From the NCBI GenBank assembly GCA_973851085.1, contig OZ316775.1, positions 310,001-374,000 on the forward strand: a DNA stretch of 64,000 nucleotides, written 5' to 3'. The translations under genes were made by a program, and so were the position numbers. The DNA comes from Ptychomitrium polyphyllum. Taxonomy: Eukaryota. This document shows positions 12,377 to 24,727 of the stretch, one piece after another. Each line of letters begins with the position of its first letter. Within the stretch, counting starts at the first letter, position 1. The notes below the pieces were generated by a model, which saw only the letters and a list, made by a program, of their open reading frames with translations, was not told the origin of the DNA and did not search any database.

Positions 12377-15180
12377 ACTACTACTTCTATTCATATTTCA
12401 CTTGAAAACAATTCCGTAGTAAAATACGTTTTTCTAAACTTTGTATCAAAATTTATATTAAATTATTTTTCATAGATTTATAAATGTATACAAGCTTCAA
12501 TATATAGTTGATTATTATAATATTCTAATTAGCCACATAATTATTAGCATTGAAAAATTTAATTTAAAAAATTCATATTTTTACAAATATTCAATAATTA
12601 GATTCTTTGCCATTTGATTGTGAAATAAATTAGCACATTATAGGTAAATAAGCTAGAAAATGAAGATAGTAAGATCTTTACATGTTCCAATTTTAAAGAA
12701 TATTGAGAGTATTTGAAGGCATTTAAAATGTTAGTAGTGATATGGCTTAAATAAAATATTAACTTCAACAATTGTAAAGTCATTTTTGTAAAATCATATA
12801 TTGATGTTGTAAAATATAATATGGATGCAAGTAAATTCTAAACAATTAAACAAGTAATCTAGAATACACATTCCAATAAAATAAAAATAATTATTTGCTT
12901 AAATGCAAGAATCTTAGTGATACAGACAAACATATTAAAAATTTCTAAAAAAATCTTTAGAAGATTTAAGAAGGCTAAGGTTGTTTATAGAATCTTTTAA
13001 CGTAATTACCTTGGCTAAAAAGCTTCCAAGGAAGTTATTTTGGCTACAAAAGCTTTCAAATAAGTATTCCAAAGTTTCTTGAGTATGAAACATCACATTA
13101 GAAGCTTTTTAAGAAGCTTCTGAGGCTTGTAGTTTTAATATATATTAGAATTGAGGCTGAAGAGATCTTCAGTTTCAACAATATATCTTTTATTATCTGA
13201 ATTTAAACTCTTAGTATTGTCTCTATACCTCGTTATAGATCTTTGTTTCTAATATATTGTAAAAATACCTTATCCTACATCCTAGAGTCTTGAAGTCTTA
13301 CATCATTGTTACTTTGTCTAAATAAATTTGTTGAAATTGTCATATAACATAATTAAATTATGGTCATTCTTAATAGAAAGTAAATCATCCTTCTCTTTGG
13401 AAGTTTTGTAGCGCTTTAAAAGTTGCGCATTATCCTCCTTGAGATTGTTATTGCGTCCTGAATTTTCATTAGTATTTTCTTGTTTATTAAACATAATTTA
13501 TTTAAATTTTTTTAATTTCTTAGCTAGAAGGTGAAGAAGCCAATATGACAAATTTATCAAAAGCCAAATTGGATTCTATTATAAATATCCTTAAAGCATT
13601 GAAGATCAAAACCAAAACTTTTTTTAAATAAAATAGAGAACTTTACATAACCATTCATAATGGTCAAGGAACAGAAGTACCTCAATTGTTGTTCTAAATC
13701 ACCTTGGTTATTCCATTGCTTAAACTTGCTCTAATAGAAGACATACATATTCAAATTAACAATCCACAATCAACAGCCAAAGTACTAAAATTTAGCCTTC
13801 TAGTAAACTTTGACAAAATCCATTCAAAAATTTAGAGCTTTATAAATCAACTTGATTTGTTATTTTGTTCCAACCATTATAACATCCTATGGATGCTTCA
13901 CGCATTGGATTACGGGATACGTTGCTTTAAAGACAAGCAATATCTTCAATTGTATTATTTTTCATTAAATAATTCTCTTATACTAAGAAGCTTTGATGCA
14001 TTCCTAGCCATATCTGTAAAAACATTTAATAACCATGACAAACTTTGTTCCGCAACCATTAAATTTGGACCCTCTGTCCAGAGCCTCATTAAATGTCAAT
14101 ATAATCATCACACTTAAGACACTTTCTATCACGTACATAAGTTATGCAATATACTTTTTAAAACCTCTAAGAATCTTTTGATATATTGTGGTAGCTTCTT
14201 CAAATACTTTCAATGCTTCCATAAGCCATTTCTACTTCTTTAAAAAAACTTCCTACAAAGGTTCCAATTCCTTGGTAGCTTTCTAAGAAAATTCCACTGT
14301 TTTGGAAATTTTCCAAAGAAAGTCCTACCATCTAAAAAAACTTCTTGGAAAAGTTCTATAGATTTTTAGAACATTCTTAAGCCTTGTAGGAAATTTCATT
14401 AGTATTGTCACGGACATAAATCATGCAACATAGTCTTTAGAACATTCTAGAACCTTCTAGTATACTATAATAGCTTCTTAGAATACTTTTAGATGTCTCC
14501 ATAGTCTTTCAATGTTCTTAGGAAGCTTCCTAGGAAAGTGCCTCCACCTTAAGAAACTTCCTAAGAAGGTTCCGCTACCTTAGGAAACTTCCAAGGAAGG
14601 TTCCAACTCCTTAGAAGCTTCCAAAGAAGGTTCCAATTCCTTGGAAGCTTCTTAGAAAGGTTCCAACATCTTAGGAAACTTCTTGGGAAGGTTCTTTAGA
14701 CTTCTAGAACATTCTTAAGCCTTGAAGGAAGCTTTTTTAGAAGTATCCTAGGACATACAAGCGTCATAGTATAAATAGGAGGCAAGACAAGGTATTCCTT
14801 AGTCTTGCCAACACAAGTTGTGGATCATCTTGAATCCTGCCTTGTTCTAGTCTTTGTATCAAAGTTCTTGTTAATCATTAGTTCTTTAGAAGCTAATTCT
14901 TGGGAAACACTTCGTTTCTGCTTCTTGTTTCTTGTGTCCCTAACAATTTGGCAAGACTGCTTTTCATCTTTGTCAGAGCTAAGGTTCTTTGAAGAAAATT
15001 GTGGATTACCCATCTTTTTTAGGATTCCATAGCGTTTTAGAGGTTGCGGATTACCTTCCTCTAAGCTGGTACCATAGAGTTGGTTTCTCCTTCTAGAATC
15101 AAGTATTACTTCATTCAAAGTACGTGGATTTCCTCCTTTGTAGATACTCATATTCTTTCTGTCTTTGAGAGTCTTAAAAA

Positions 15181-16200
15181 ATGGATAATGTGCTTGGAAC
15201 ATCAGAGAATAGGTTTGCAACTATTGCAGGCCTTTAAGAATTAATAAACACAGTTCGAACGGAACTCGCCCGTTTTAATACCACCAACAATTTGGAGCAA
15301 CACACTCGGCAAAATGAAGAATCCAATGGTGATATTCAAAGCCTATATCAAGAGGTTGTTCGATTGCAAGAGGCCAATATTGGAAGAGAAGGTTTCCGTC
15401 GAACCCACTCAGAGCCAAAGATTAGTATGCCAGACAAGTTCGATGGATCAAGATCAAAATTGAGAGGCTTTGTTCAACAAGTAAGACTCTTCCTTAGTTG
15501 GCATCAATCTCGCTATCCTAATGGCACTACTCAAGTGGAATTTGTGGCCACTCTTTTATCAAACAATGCACTATCATGGTTTGCACCACTAATGGAGAAG
15601 CAGTCACCATTATTGAACAACTTAGATGCTTTTATAGAAGCATTGACATCTACTTTTGGAGACACCAACCGAGAGAAAGTGGCTGAGACAAGGATCCAGA
15701 GTCTCCAACAAGGGCAGCGCTCAGCTGCTACATATGCTGCAGAGTTTCAACAATTAGCTAATGACCTTGATTGGAATGATAAAGCCTTGGTCACAAGATT
15801 TCGATGGGACTTAAGAGAGAATCTCAAAGATTTGCTACTCACAATGCCAAGAGTTGAAACATTAGACGAATTCATCACTCAAGCAATAGCATGTGACAAC
15901 AGACTAGTTGAGAGGCGCCAAGAACAACGCTTGCGATGGCGACCAGTACATCAAAGCATGGGTACCACTTCTTCAAGAGTATCCGAAAGTCAACCGCAAG
16001 GACCAAAACCTATGCAAATTGATGCTGCCCAACTCAGACGCTTGACTCCAGAAGAAAAAGAAAGGCGTCGAAGAGAAAACCTCTGCTTGTATTGTGGCAA
16101 GTCTGGACATAAAGTGCGCAATTGCCAAATCAAAGGATCTACTTTTAAGGCTCAAAGCACAATGGTGGAGTTGGAAAATGAAGCTGTCCAGTCACAGTAG
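15181..16200 (+). pseudogene. gag: gag of element B' (one early stop)
   Basis: ATG at 15181 is in frame with ORF 15292-16200. Motifs PDKFDGSR, LQQGQRSAATYAAEF, PMQIDA and zinc knuckle CLYCGKSGHKVRNC. Confidence 0.92.
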
Positions 16201-19200
16201 GGACCATGCAATTGGACACCACAAGGAAACTACCATCAAATCAAGGTCTCTTACTATCTTCAAACCCTACCTCTTGTTTTACATTTTCTATCAAAATTAA
16301 ATTGTTAAATGATGAAATAATTAGTGAGGCTCTCTTAGACACTGGTGCAACGGCATGTTTCATGGACAAGGATTTTGCAACCAAACATCACATAGTGCTA
16401 GTGAACAAAAAATACCCCGCACTTGTTGAAGTTATTGACAGACGATCTCTTGCATCTAACAACGTTATTAAAGAAACTCAACCATTAAAGGTTGTTTTAG
16501 AGGACCATGCATCTAAGATTGTCTTCAACATCATTTAATGCCGAACAAGTCCTATTGTCTCGGGCCTTTCCTGGTTTGAATTACATAATCTAAACATTGA
16601 TTGGCACTCACGGAGTATGGTCTTAAGGAAAAGACGCCAAGGTACGAGAAATCTTGGACCATCATTTATTGGAGCTAAAACACTCATGAGAGCAGTATAT
16701 CATGAACTAATTTATACCATTTATGCCGCACCAATGTCTAGCTCTATAATAGAGACTAATCCAAACATATCTCGTCAATATCAAGATTATAAAGACGTTT
16801 TTGAAAAGAAGAATGCGGACATGTTACCAAAGCACCGGCCATACGATTGTACCATTGAGTTGCAAGAAGGAGCCCAACCACCTTTTGGACCTATTTATAA
16901 CTTATCACAAACTGAGTTGGCTGCCTTGAGAGAATATATTGATGAAAACCTTGGAAAGGGTTTCATTCAACATTCTAAATCACCTGCTGGAGCACCCATT
17001 TTATTTGTAAAGAAGAAAGATGGATCATTACGTATGTGCGTGGACTATCGAGGCCTCAATAAAGTAACAAAAAAGAATCGCTATCCATTACCATTAATCT
17101 CAGGACTCCTACAACAACTTGGCCAAGCAAAGATATTCACCAAAATTGATCTTAGAGGAGCCTACAATCTTGTACGCATCAAAGAAGGAGACAAATGGAA
17201 GACAGCTTTTCGATCTAAGTATGGTCATTTTGAATACAATGTCATGGCTTTTGGCCTTATTAATGCCCCTACTGTCTTCCAATACATGATGAATGATATC
17301 TTCCATGAACATTTGGACAATTTTGTAGTCATCTACTTGAATGACATTTTGATATATTCAAAGGATGAACAAGACCACGAATGTCATGTGCGATTGGTCT
17401 TAGAAAAACTACCCCAGCGAGGATTACATGCCAAATTGGAGAAGTGCCTTTTCCATGAATCATCGGTTGAATTTTTAGGCTACATCATTTCCAAAGGAGG
17501 AATCCATATGGATAAGAAAAAAATAAGCACTGTCATGGAGTGGAATACGCCAAGATCAATTCGAGATGTTTAATGCTTCTTGGGATTTGCAAACTTCTAC
17601 AGAATATTCATCAAGAATTATTCCAAAATTGCGGCATCATTAATACGTCTTATGGGGAAGCAAAACTTCATTTGAGATGAGGAGGCGGAAAAAGCATTTC
17701 AAAGTCTTAAGAAGTCATTCACGTCGGCTCCAATTCTTATTCATCCAAATCCATCAAAGCCTTTTTATTTGGAAGCGGATGCTTCAGATTTTGCGCTTGG
17801 CTCAGTACTCTCACAATATGATGAAGACGGGAGACTTTGTCCTCTTGTCTTTCGTTCAAGGAAGTTCTTAGCGGCAGAGATCAACTATGATATACATGAT
17901 AAAGAACTACTTGCAATTGTGGATGCGTTTGAAGAATGGGGACACTTGTTCAAAGGAGCTCAACATACCATTACGATATACACAGACCACAAGAACTTGG
18001 AATATTTCATGAGTGTGCACGTTTTGAATCGCTGTCAAGCAAGGTGGAGTATGTCGCTTTCCAGATTTGACTTTGTCATTACCTACCGATCTGGTAGCTT
18101 GCAAGGTAAGCCAGATGCCTTATCTCGAAGATCTTATTTAGCTCCTCAACCTGGAGATGATGTTTTGAATCAACAAAGGACTATGTTATTGAAACCAGAG
18201 AATCTTCAATTGAAAGTAACGATTATAACGACAACATCGTATCTTGACGAAATTCAGAAGGCTTTAAAGAATGACGTCTTTGTATCAAATATAAAAAAGC
18301 GCCTCAAAGATAATGGAGGTCCTTCAAATAGCGATGAGGATTTTGAATTCCAAGAGGGCCTACTTTATTATAAAGGACTTTTGTACCTACCTCTAGGCCC
18401 TTTGCGGTTGAAGATCCTTCAATCACGTCATGATTTTCCAGCAGCAGGACATTTTGGATTCAATAAAACAATGGAGTTGATTGCAAGAGACTATTGGTGG
18501 CCACAAATGTGGAAGTACGTGAAGGATTTTATTCGATTATGCAATACTTGTGCAAGAGCCAAGGTACCAAGGCACCAATCTCATGGTCTCCTCCATCCGC
18601 TTCCAGTGCCAAAGGGTCCATGGTTGTCTTTATCAATGGATTTTATCACGGACCTTCCAAATTCCGATTCTAAGGATTCTATTTTGGTAGTGGTGGATTA
18701 ATTTACCAAAATGGCATATTTCATTCTATGCAATAAGACGGCAACCGGAGAAGAAACTGGCAAGTTGTTCCTAAATCACGTCTACCGCATATATGGACTA
18801 CCAGATGATATTGTATCTGATCAGGGGCCGCAATTCAGTTCCAATTTTTGGAGGGCTCTATTCTAGTTGTTGCATGTAAAGATCAATCTTTCTTCAGCAC
18901 ACCATCCGCAGACTGATGGCCAAATGGAACGTGTGAATTAAATTTTGGTGCATTACCTTTGTTGTAGCATAAACTACCAGCAAGACAACTGGATGGATCT
19001 CTTGGCTTTGGCAGAGTTTGCTTACAACAATACGGTGCATTCTTTAACAACTCAAAGTCCATTCTTTGCAAACTATGGGCATCATCCTTGGACAGATCCA
19101 TTTCAAGTGAAGCATGTTGGAAGTCCCGCAGCAGAGGATTTTGCAATTCAACTTACTAAAATCCATCAAGAAATTACCTTTTATTTCCAACAAGCTAAAG

Positions 19201-19685
19201 ATCGTTATAAAACTTATGCAGATTGCCATAAAAAGGATCATCCAAAGTTTAAGGTTGGAGATAACGTATGGCTCCTACGACAAAATATACAAACAAAAAG
19301 ACCATCAAAGAGGTTGGACTATCAAAGGCTGGGACCGTTTGAAATCAGCAAACAAATAAATCTGGTTAGTTATCGCCTAAAGTTACCACCGAGCATGCAA
19401 ATTCATCCAGTATTCCACGTATCGTTGTTGGAAAGCTATAACAAATCATGTATACCAGAGAGAATTGTCCCTCCGCCTCCTCTGCTGGAAATCAATAATG
19501 AAATTGAATATGAAGTGGAAGAGATCTTAGATTCACGCATCAAGAACGGACGTGTGGAGTACCTTATACATTGGCAAGGATATGGCATCAATGACCGAAC
19601 ATGGGAACCTTCAACGAATGTAACAAATGCATCCGAGAAGGTACACGAATTTCATCAAAGATATCCTCAGAAACCAGGTCAGTGA
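16182..19685 (+). pseudogene. pol: pol of element B' (protease, RT, RNase H, integrase, chromodomain) with in-frame stops
   Basis: [36 protein letters not shown] (YLDD mutated); EADASDFALG and TDHKNLEY; GHFG..CNTC and SMDFITDLP; GPF motif; chromodomain [10 protein letters not shown]...YLIHWQGYG...TWEP. Confidence 0.95.
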
Positions 19686-22600
19686 TGATGTGTCATCAGC
19701 AGCCATTAGCTTCACAGAGAAGTTTTTCCTTCATACACAAATATAAGAAGGGAGGAGAGATATCTAGACCTCCAATTGTATGCTGCGTTATTTCCAAGAT
19801 AGATCATTTCTAGATCCTAGCCAGTATGTCAAATCTTTGTGTTATCATGGATATGCGTGAAGAGCAGTCGGCCATGCCTTCATCAACAATTGCATTTGTT
19901 GAGCCAACTCAACTTTCTCAGCCCTCGGTAACGGAGGATCTAAGTCAAGATATGAGAGGGACATCCCAACGTCGAGTACGACCTCGTGCAGAAGTATTGA
20001 CTAGTTGCCCTTCACATTCCAGTCTTGATTCAGATGCTCGCGCTCTAGTCATCTTGTTAGAAATTGGAAGAGTCACTCCTAGTGGACCCAAAATCTTGTT
20101 TGGAGGATGTTTTGAAGGACTTAATCAAGATTAGATCTAAGGATGGGACATTTCAACAACACAAGTCTTGGCTAGTGGTCATCAATGCTTCTTGCAAGTA
20201 CCAGTTGAACCAGTGAACAAAGAACAACGAGCAGAGCATGTTGCTTCACTCCTTTGACAAATTTTGGAATTTGTAGAAATGTGACAAGCAAGCGAAGAAA
20301 ACAACTCCTCATGGAACTCGTCGCTAAATGGGGAGGTGATGCCACGGACATAAATCATACAACATAATCCTTAGAACATTCTAGAACCTTCTAGTATATT
20401 ATAATAGCTTTTTAGAATACTTTTAGATGTCTCCATAGCCTTTTTATGTTTTTAGGAAGCTTCCTACAAAAGTTCCTCCACCATAGGAAACTTCCTAGGA
20501 AGGTTCTATCATCTTAGAAAATTTCCTAGGAAGGTTCTACTTCTTTAGGAAACTTCCTATGAAGGTTCCGCTACCTTAAGAAACTTTCGAGGAAGGTTCC
20601 AACTCCTTAGAAGCTTCCAAAGAAGGTTCCAATTCCTTGGAAGCTTCTTAGAAAGGTTCCAATATCTTAAGAAACTTCTTGGGAAGGTTCTTTAGACTTC
20701 CAGAACATTCTTAAGCCTTGTAAGAAGCTTCTTTAAAAGTATCCTAGGAGATACAAACGTCCTAGTATAAATAAGAGGCAAGACAAGGTATTCCTTAGTC
20801 TTGCCAACACAAGTTGTGGATCATCTTGAATCCTGCCTTGTTCTAGTCTTTGTATCAAAGTTTTTGTTAATCATTAGCTCTTTGGAAGCTAATTCTTGGG
20901 AAACATTTTGTTTCTGCTTCTTGTTTCTTGTGTCCCTAACAAGTACTATCCCATGAGATATAAGCGTCATAATACAAATAAAAGGCAACATCAGCTATGC
21001 TATGGTTGTGCCAATACAAATTGTGGAAAATCTTGTATTTTGCCTTGCTCTAGTATTTGGAACATTATTTGTTAATAATTAGCTCTTTGGAAGCTAATTC
21101 TTGGTAAACACTTTGTCTTTCCTTCTTGTTTCTTGTGTTTTTAACAGTTTGGCAAGAATACTTTTCATCTTTGTTAGAATCAAGGTTCTTTAAAGAAGAT
21201 AGTGGATTATCCATTATCTTAAAAATTCCATAGCATCTTAGAAGTTGCGGATTACCTTCTTTTAAGCTAACACTATATATTGATTTCTTCTTTTAAAAGT
21301 AAATGCTATTTCTTTTAAAGAATGATCAATCTTTCAAAAGACGTGGATTACCTTCCTTTGGAGATATTCATGATCTTCTTGTCTTTAATAATTTGAAATT
21401 ATGAATAACGTGCTTGGAACAACTAAAAATATGTTTGTAACAATTGTAGACCTTCAATTGTTATTAAACATAGTTTGAATGGAACTTGCTGACTTCAACA
21501 CTACTAATAATATAGAGCAGCACACTCAACAAGCTAAAAAATTGAATGGCAATATTCAGAGCCTATACCAAGAAATTCTTCAATTGTAAGAAGCCAATAT
21601 TGGAAGAGAAGGCGTATGTCAAAACCATGCAGAGCCAAAGATTAGCATGTTAGACAAGCTTAATGGATCAAGATCAAAGTTGAAAGGCTTTATTCAATAA
21701 ATAAAGCTCTTGTTTTGTTTGCATCAATCTTGCTATCCTGATGGCATTAGTCAAGTGGGATTTCTAGCCATCTTCTATTGAACAATGCACTATCGTGCTT
21801 TGCTCCATTAATGAAAAAGCAGTCATCATTATTAAACAATTTAGATGCTTTTAGGGAAGCATCGACATCTACTTTTGGAGACATCGATCAAGAGACCATG
21901 ACTGAAACAAGGATTTAAATTCTACAACAACAATAGTGCTCAACTTATTACATATGTTGCAAAGGTTTGACAATTAGCTTGCAATTGATTGGAATGATAG
22001 GACCTTGGTTATACAATTCCGATGAGGCTTGAAAGAAAATGTGAAGGACTTGCTACTTACAATGCCAAAGGTTGATACATTGGAAGAATTTGTCATTCAA
22101 ACAATAGCATGTGACAATAGACTATTTGAGAGGCGCCAAGAACAATACTTGGGATGACGATTGGTACATCAAGGTAAGGCAACCACTTCTTCAAAAGTAT
22201 TTGAAATTTGACCATAAGGACCTAAATCTATGCAAATTGATGTTATCAAATTTAATTGTTTGATTTGAAAAGAAAATGAAAATCATCAAAGAAAAAACCT
22301 ATGTTTGTATTGTGGCAAATCTGGGCATAAAGTTGTGATTGCCAAATCAAAGGATTTGCTTTTAAAGCTCAAAGCACAATGGTAGAATTGAAAAACAAGG
22401 CTGTTCAATTATGGAAGGGACCATGCGGCTAGACACCTCAAAGAAATGACCATCAAATGAAGGTCTTTTACTACCTCCAACTCCTACCTCTTGATTTACA
22501 TTTCCTATCAAAATCAAATTGTTAAATGCTGAAATAATTTGTGAAGATATTTTAGACATTAGTGCAATAATATGTTTCATAAATAAGGATTTTGCAACAA

Positions 22601-24727
22601 ATACCAAATGGTGCTTGTGAACAAAAAACATCCCGCATCTGTTGAAGTTATCAGTAGACAATTTCTTACATCTGGTAATGTTATTGAAGAAACTCAATCC
22701 TTGGAGGTTGTTTTGAAAGACTCAGCATCTGAGATTATCTTCAGCATCATTCCATGCCAAACAAATCCTATTGTCTTGGGCTTTCTTTGGTTTGAATTAC
22801 ATAATCCAAACATTGATTGGCGCTTACGGAGTGTGGTCTCAATTAAAAATTTCAAGGTACAAGAAATCTTGGACCATCATTTATTGGAGCTAAGGCATTT
22901 ATTAAAGCAACAATAGATGAATCAGTCTATGCCATGCTAATATCGATTTCTATACTAAAAACTAAATAGGATATATTGTGTTAATATCAAGATTATAAAG
23001 CTGATTTTGACAAGAAAAATGCAAACATATTACCAAAGCATCGGCCTTACAATTGTACCATTGAACATGAAGGAGCCCAATACCTTTTGGACCTATCTGT
23101 AATCTATCACAAACTGTGTTGACTGCCTTGAAAGAATATATTGATGAAAATCTCAAAATAGACTTCATCCAATACTGTGAATCACCTATTGCAGTGCTAA
23201 TTCTGTTTGTGAAAAAAAAAGATGGATCATTACGTATTTGCGTGGACTATTGAGGCCTCAGTAAAGTAACCAAGAAGAAACGCTATCCATTAGCATTATT
23301 GTATAAAGATGTTCATCAAAATTGATCTTAGGAGAGCCTATTATCTTGTACGCAGCAAATAAAGGGACAAATAAAAAATAGCCTTTCGATCCAAATATGA
23401 CCATTTAGAATACAATGTCATAATTTTTAGCCTTACTGATGACTTTGTAATCTTCCAACACGTGATGTCTTCCATAAACACTTGGACAATTTTGTAGTCA
23501 TCTTATTGGATGACATTTTGATACATTCAAAAGATGAATAAGATCACAAATGTTATGTGCTACTGGTTTTAGAAAAACTATGCTAGCAAGGATTATATGC
23601 CAATTCAAATAAGTACCTTTTTCAAAATTCCTTGATTGAATTTTTAGATTATACCATTTCTAAAGGAGGAATCTATATGGATGAGAAGAAAATAAGCATT
23701 GTTATGGAATAAAGTACGCCAAGATCAATTCAAGATGTTCACTCCTTGTTGAAATTTGCAAACTTCTATCAAATATTCATCAAGGTTTATTCCAAGATTG
23801 TGACATTATAAGCGCAACTTACCGAGAAGCAAAATCTTACTTGAAATGAAGAAGCGGAATAAGTATTTCAAGGTCTTAAGAAGTCATTCACATCGGTTCT
23901 AAATATTAATCATCCAAATCCGTCAAAGCTATTTTTTTCTATCTGGAAGCGCATGCCTTAGATTTAGAGCTTGGCTCAATACTCTCACAATATGATGAAA
24001 ATGGAAGACTCCATCCTATTGCCTTTTGTTCAAAGAAGTTTTCAATAGCAAGGATAAATTATAATATACATGATAAAGAATTACTTGCAATTGTGGATGC
24101 ATTTGAAGAACGGAAGCACTTATTGGAAAAAACCCAAGATACCATCACAATATATAAAGACTACAAGAACTTGAAATATTTCTTGAGTGCAGGCGTTTTC
24201 AATTGCTGTCAAGCAAGGTAGAATATGTTGCTTTTTTTATTTGACTTTGTTATTATCTATCGACTTGGTAGCCTACAAAGTAAACTAGATGGCTTATCTA
24301 AAAGATCTTATTTAATTCCTCAACCTTGAGATGATATTTTAGATCAACAAAAGATTATTTTATTGAAGCCACAGAATCTTCAATTGAAAGCAAGGTTTAC
24401 GAATACAACATTCAATTTCAACAATATTTGGTGGACTTTGGAATATAAAAAAGCGCCTTAAAGACAATGGACATTCTTTAAATAATGATGAGGCCTTTAA
24501 ATTCCAAGAGGGCATAATTTATTATAAAGGATTTTTATACTTATTTCCACATCCTTTGCAATTGAAGATCATTCAAGCACGTCATGATTTTTTAGTAGCA
24601 GGGCATTTTGGATTCAATAAAATAATGGAGTTGATTGCTAGAGTTTATTGATGGCAATAAATGTGGAAATACGTAAAGAAATTTGTTTGATCATGCAACA
24701 CCTACACAAAGGCAAAGGTACCAAGAC

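Larger units (their letters stand above)
14406..20941 (+). mobile_element. Element B': full-length Ty3/Gypsy chromovirus (RLG1/Tcn1-like) with nonsense mutations, inserted in the 5' LTR of B
   Basis: LTRs 14406-14945 and 20340-20941 (TG...CA); TSD AGTAT/AGTAC; PPT AAATGGGGAGGTGA; domain order gag-PR-RT-RH-IN-chromodomain. Confidence 0.96.

Noticed and set aside
14520..14700. Regular ~30-bp repeats that could look like a CRISPR array (also 20460-20700 and 35330-35620)
   Set aside because: No unique spacers and no cas genes; these are tandem units within eukaryotic LTRs.
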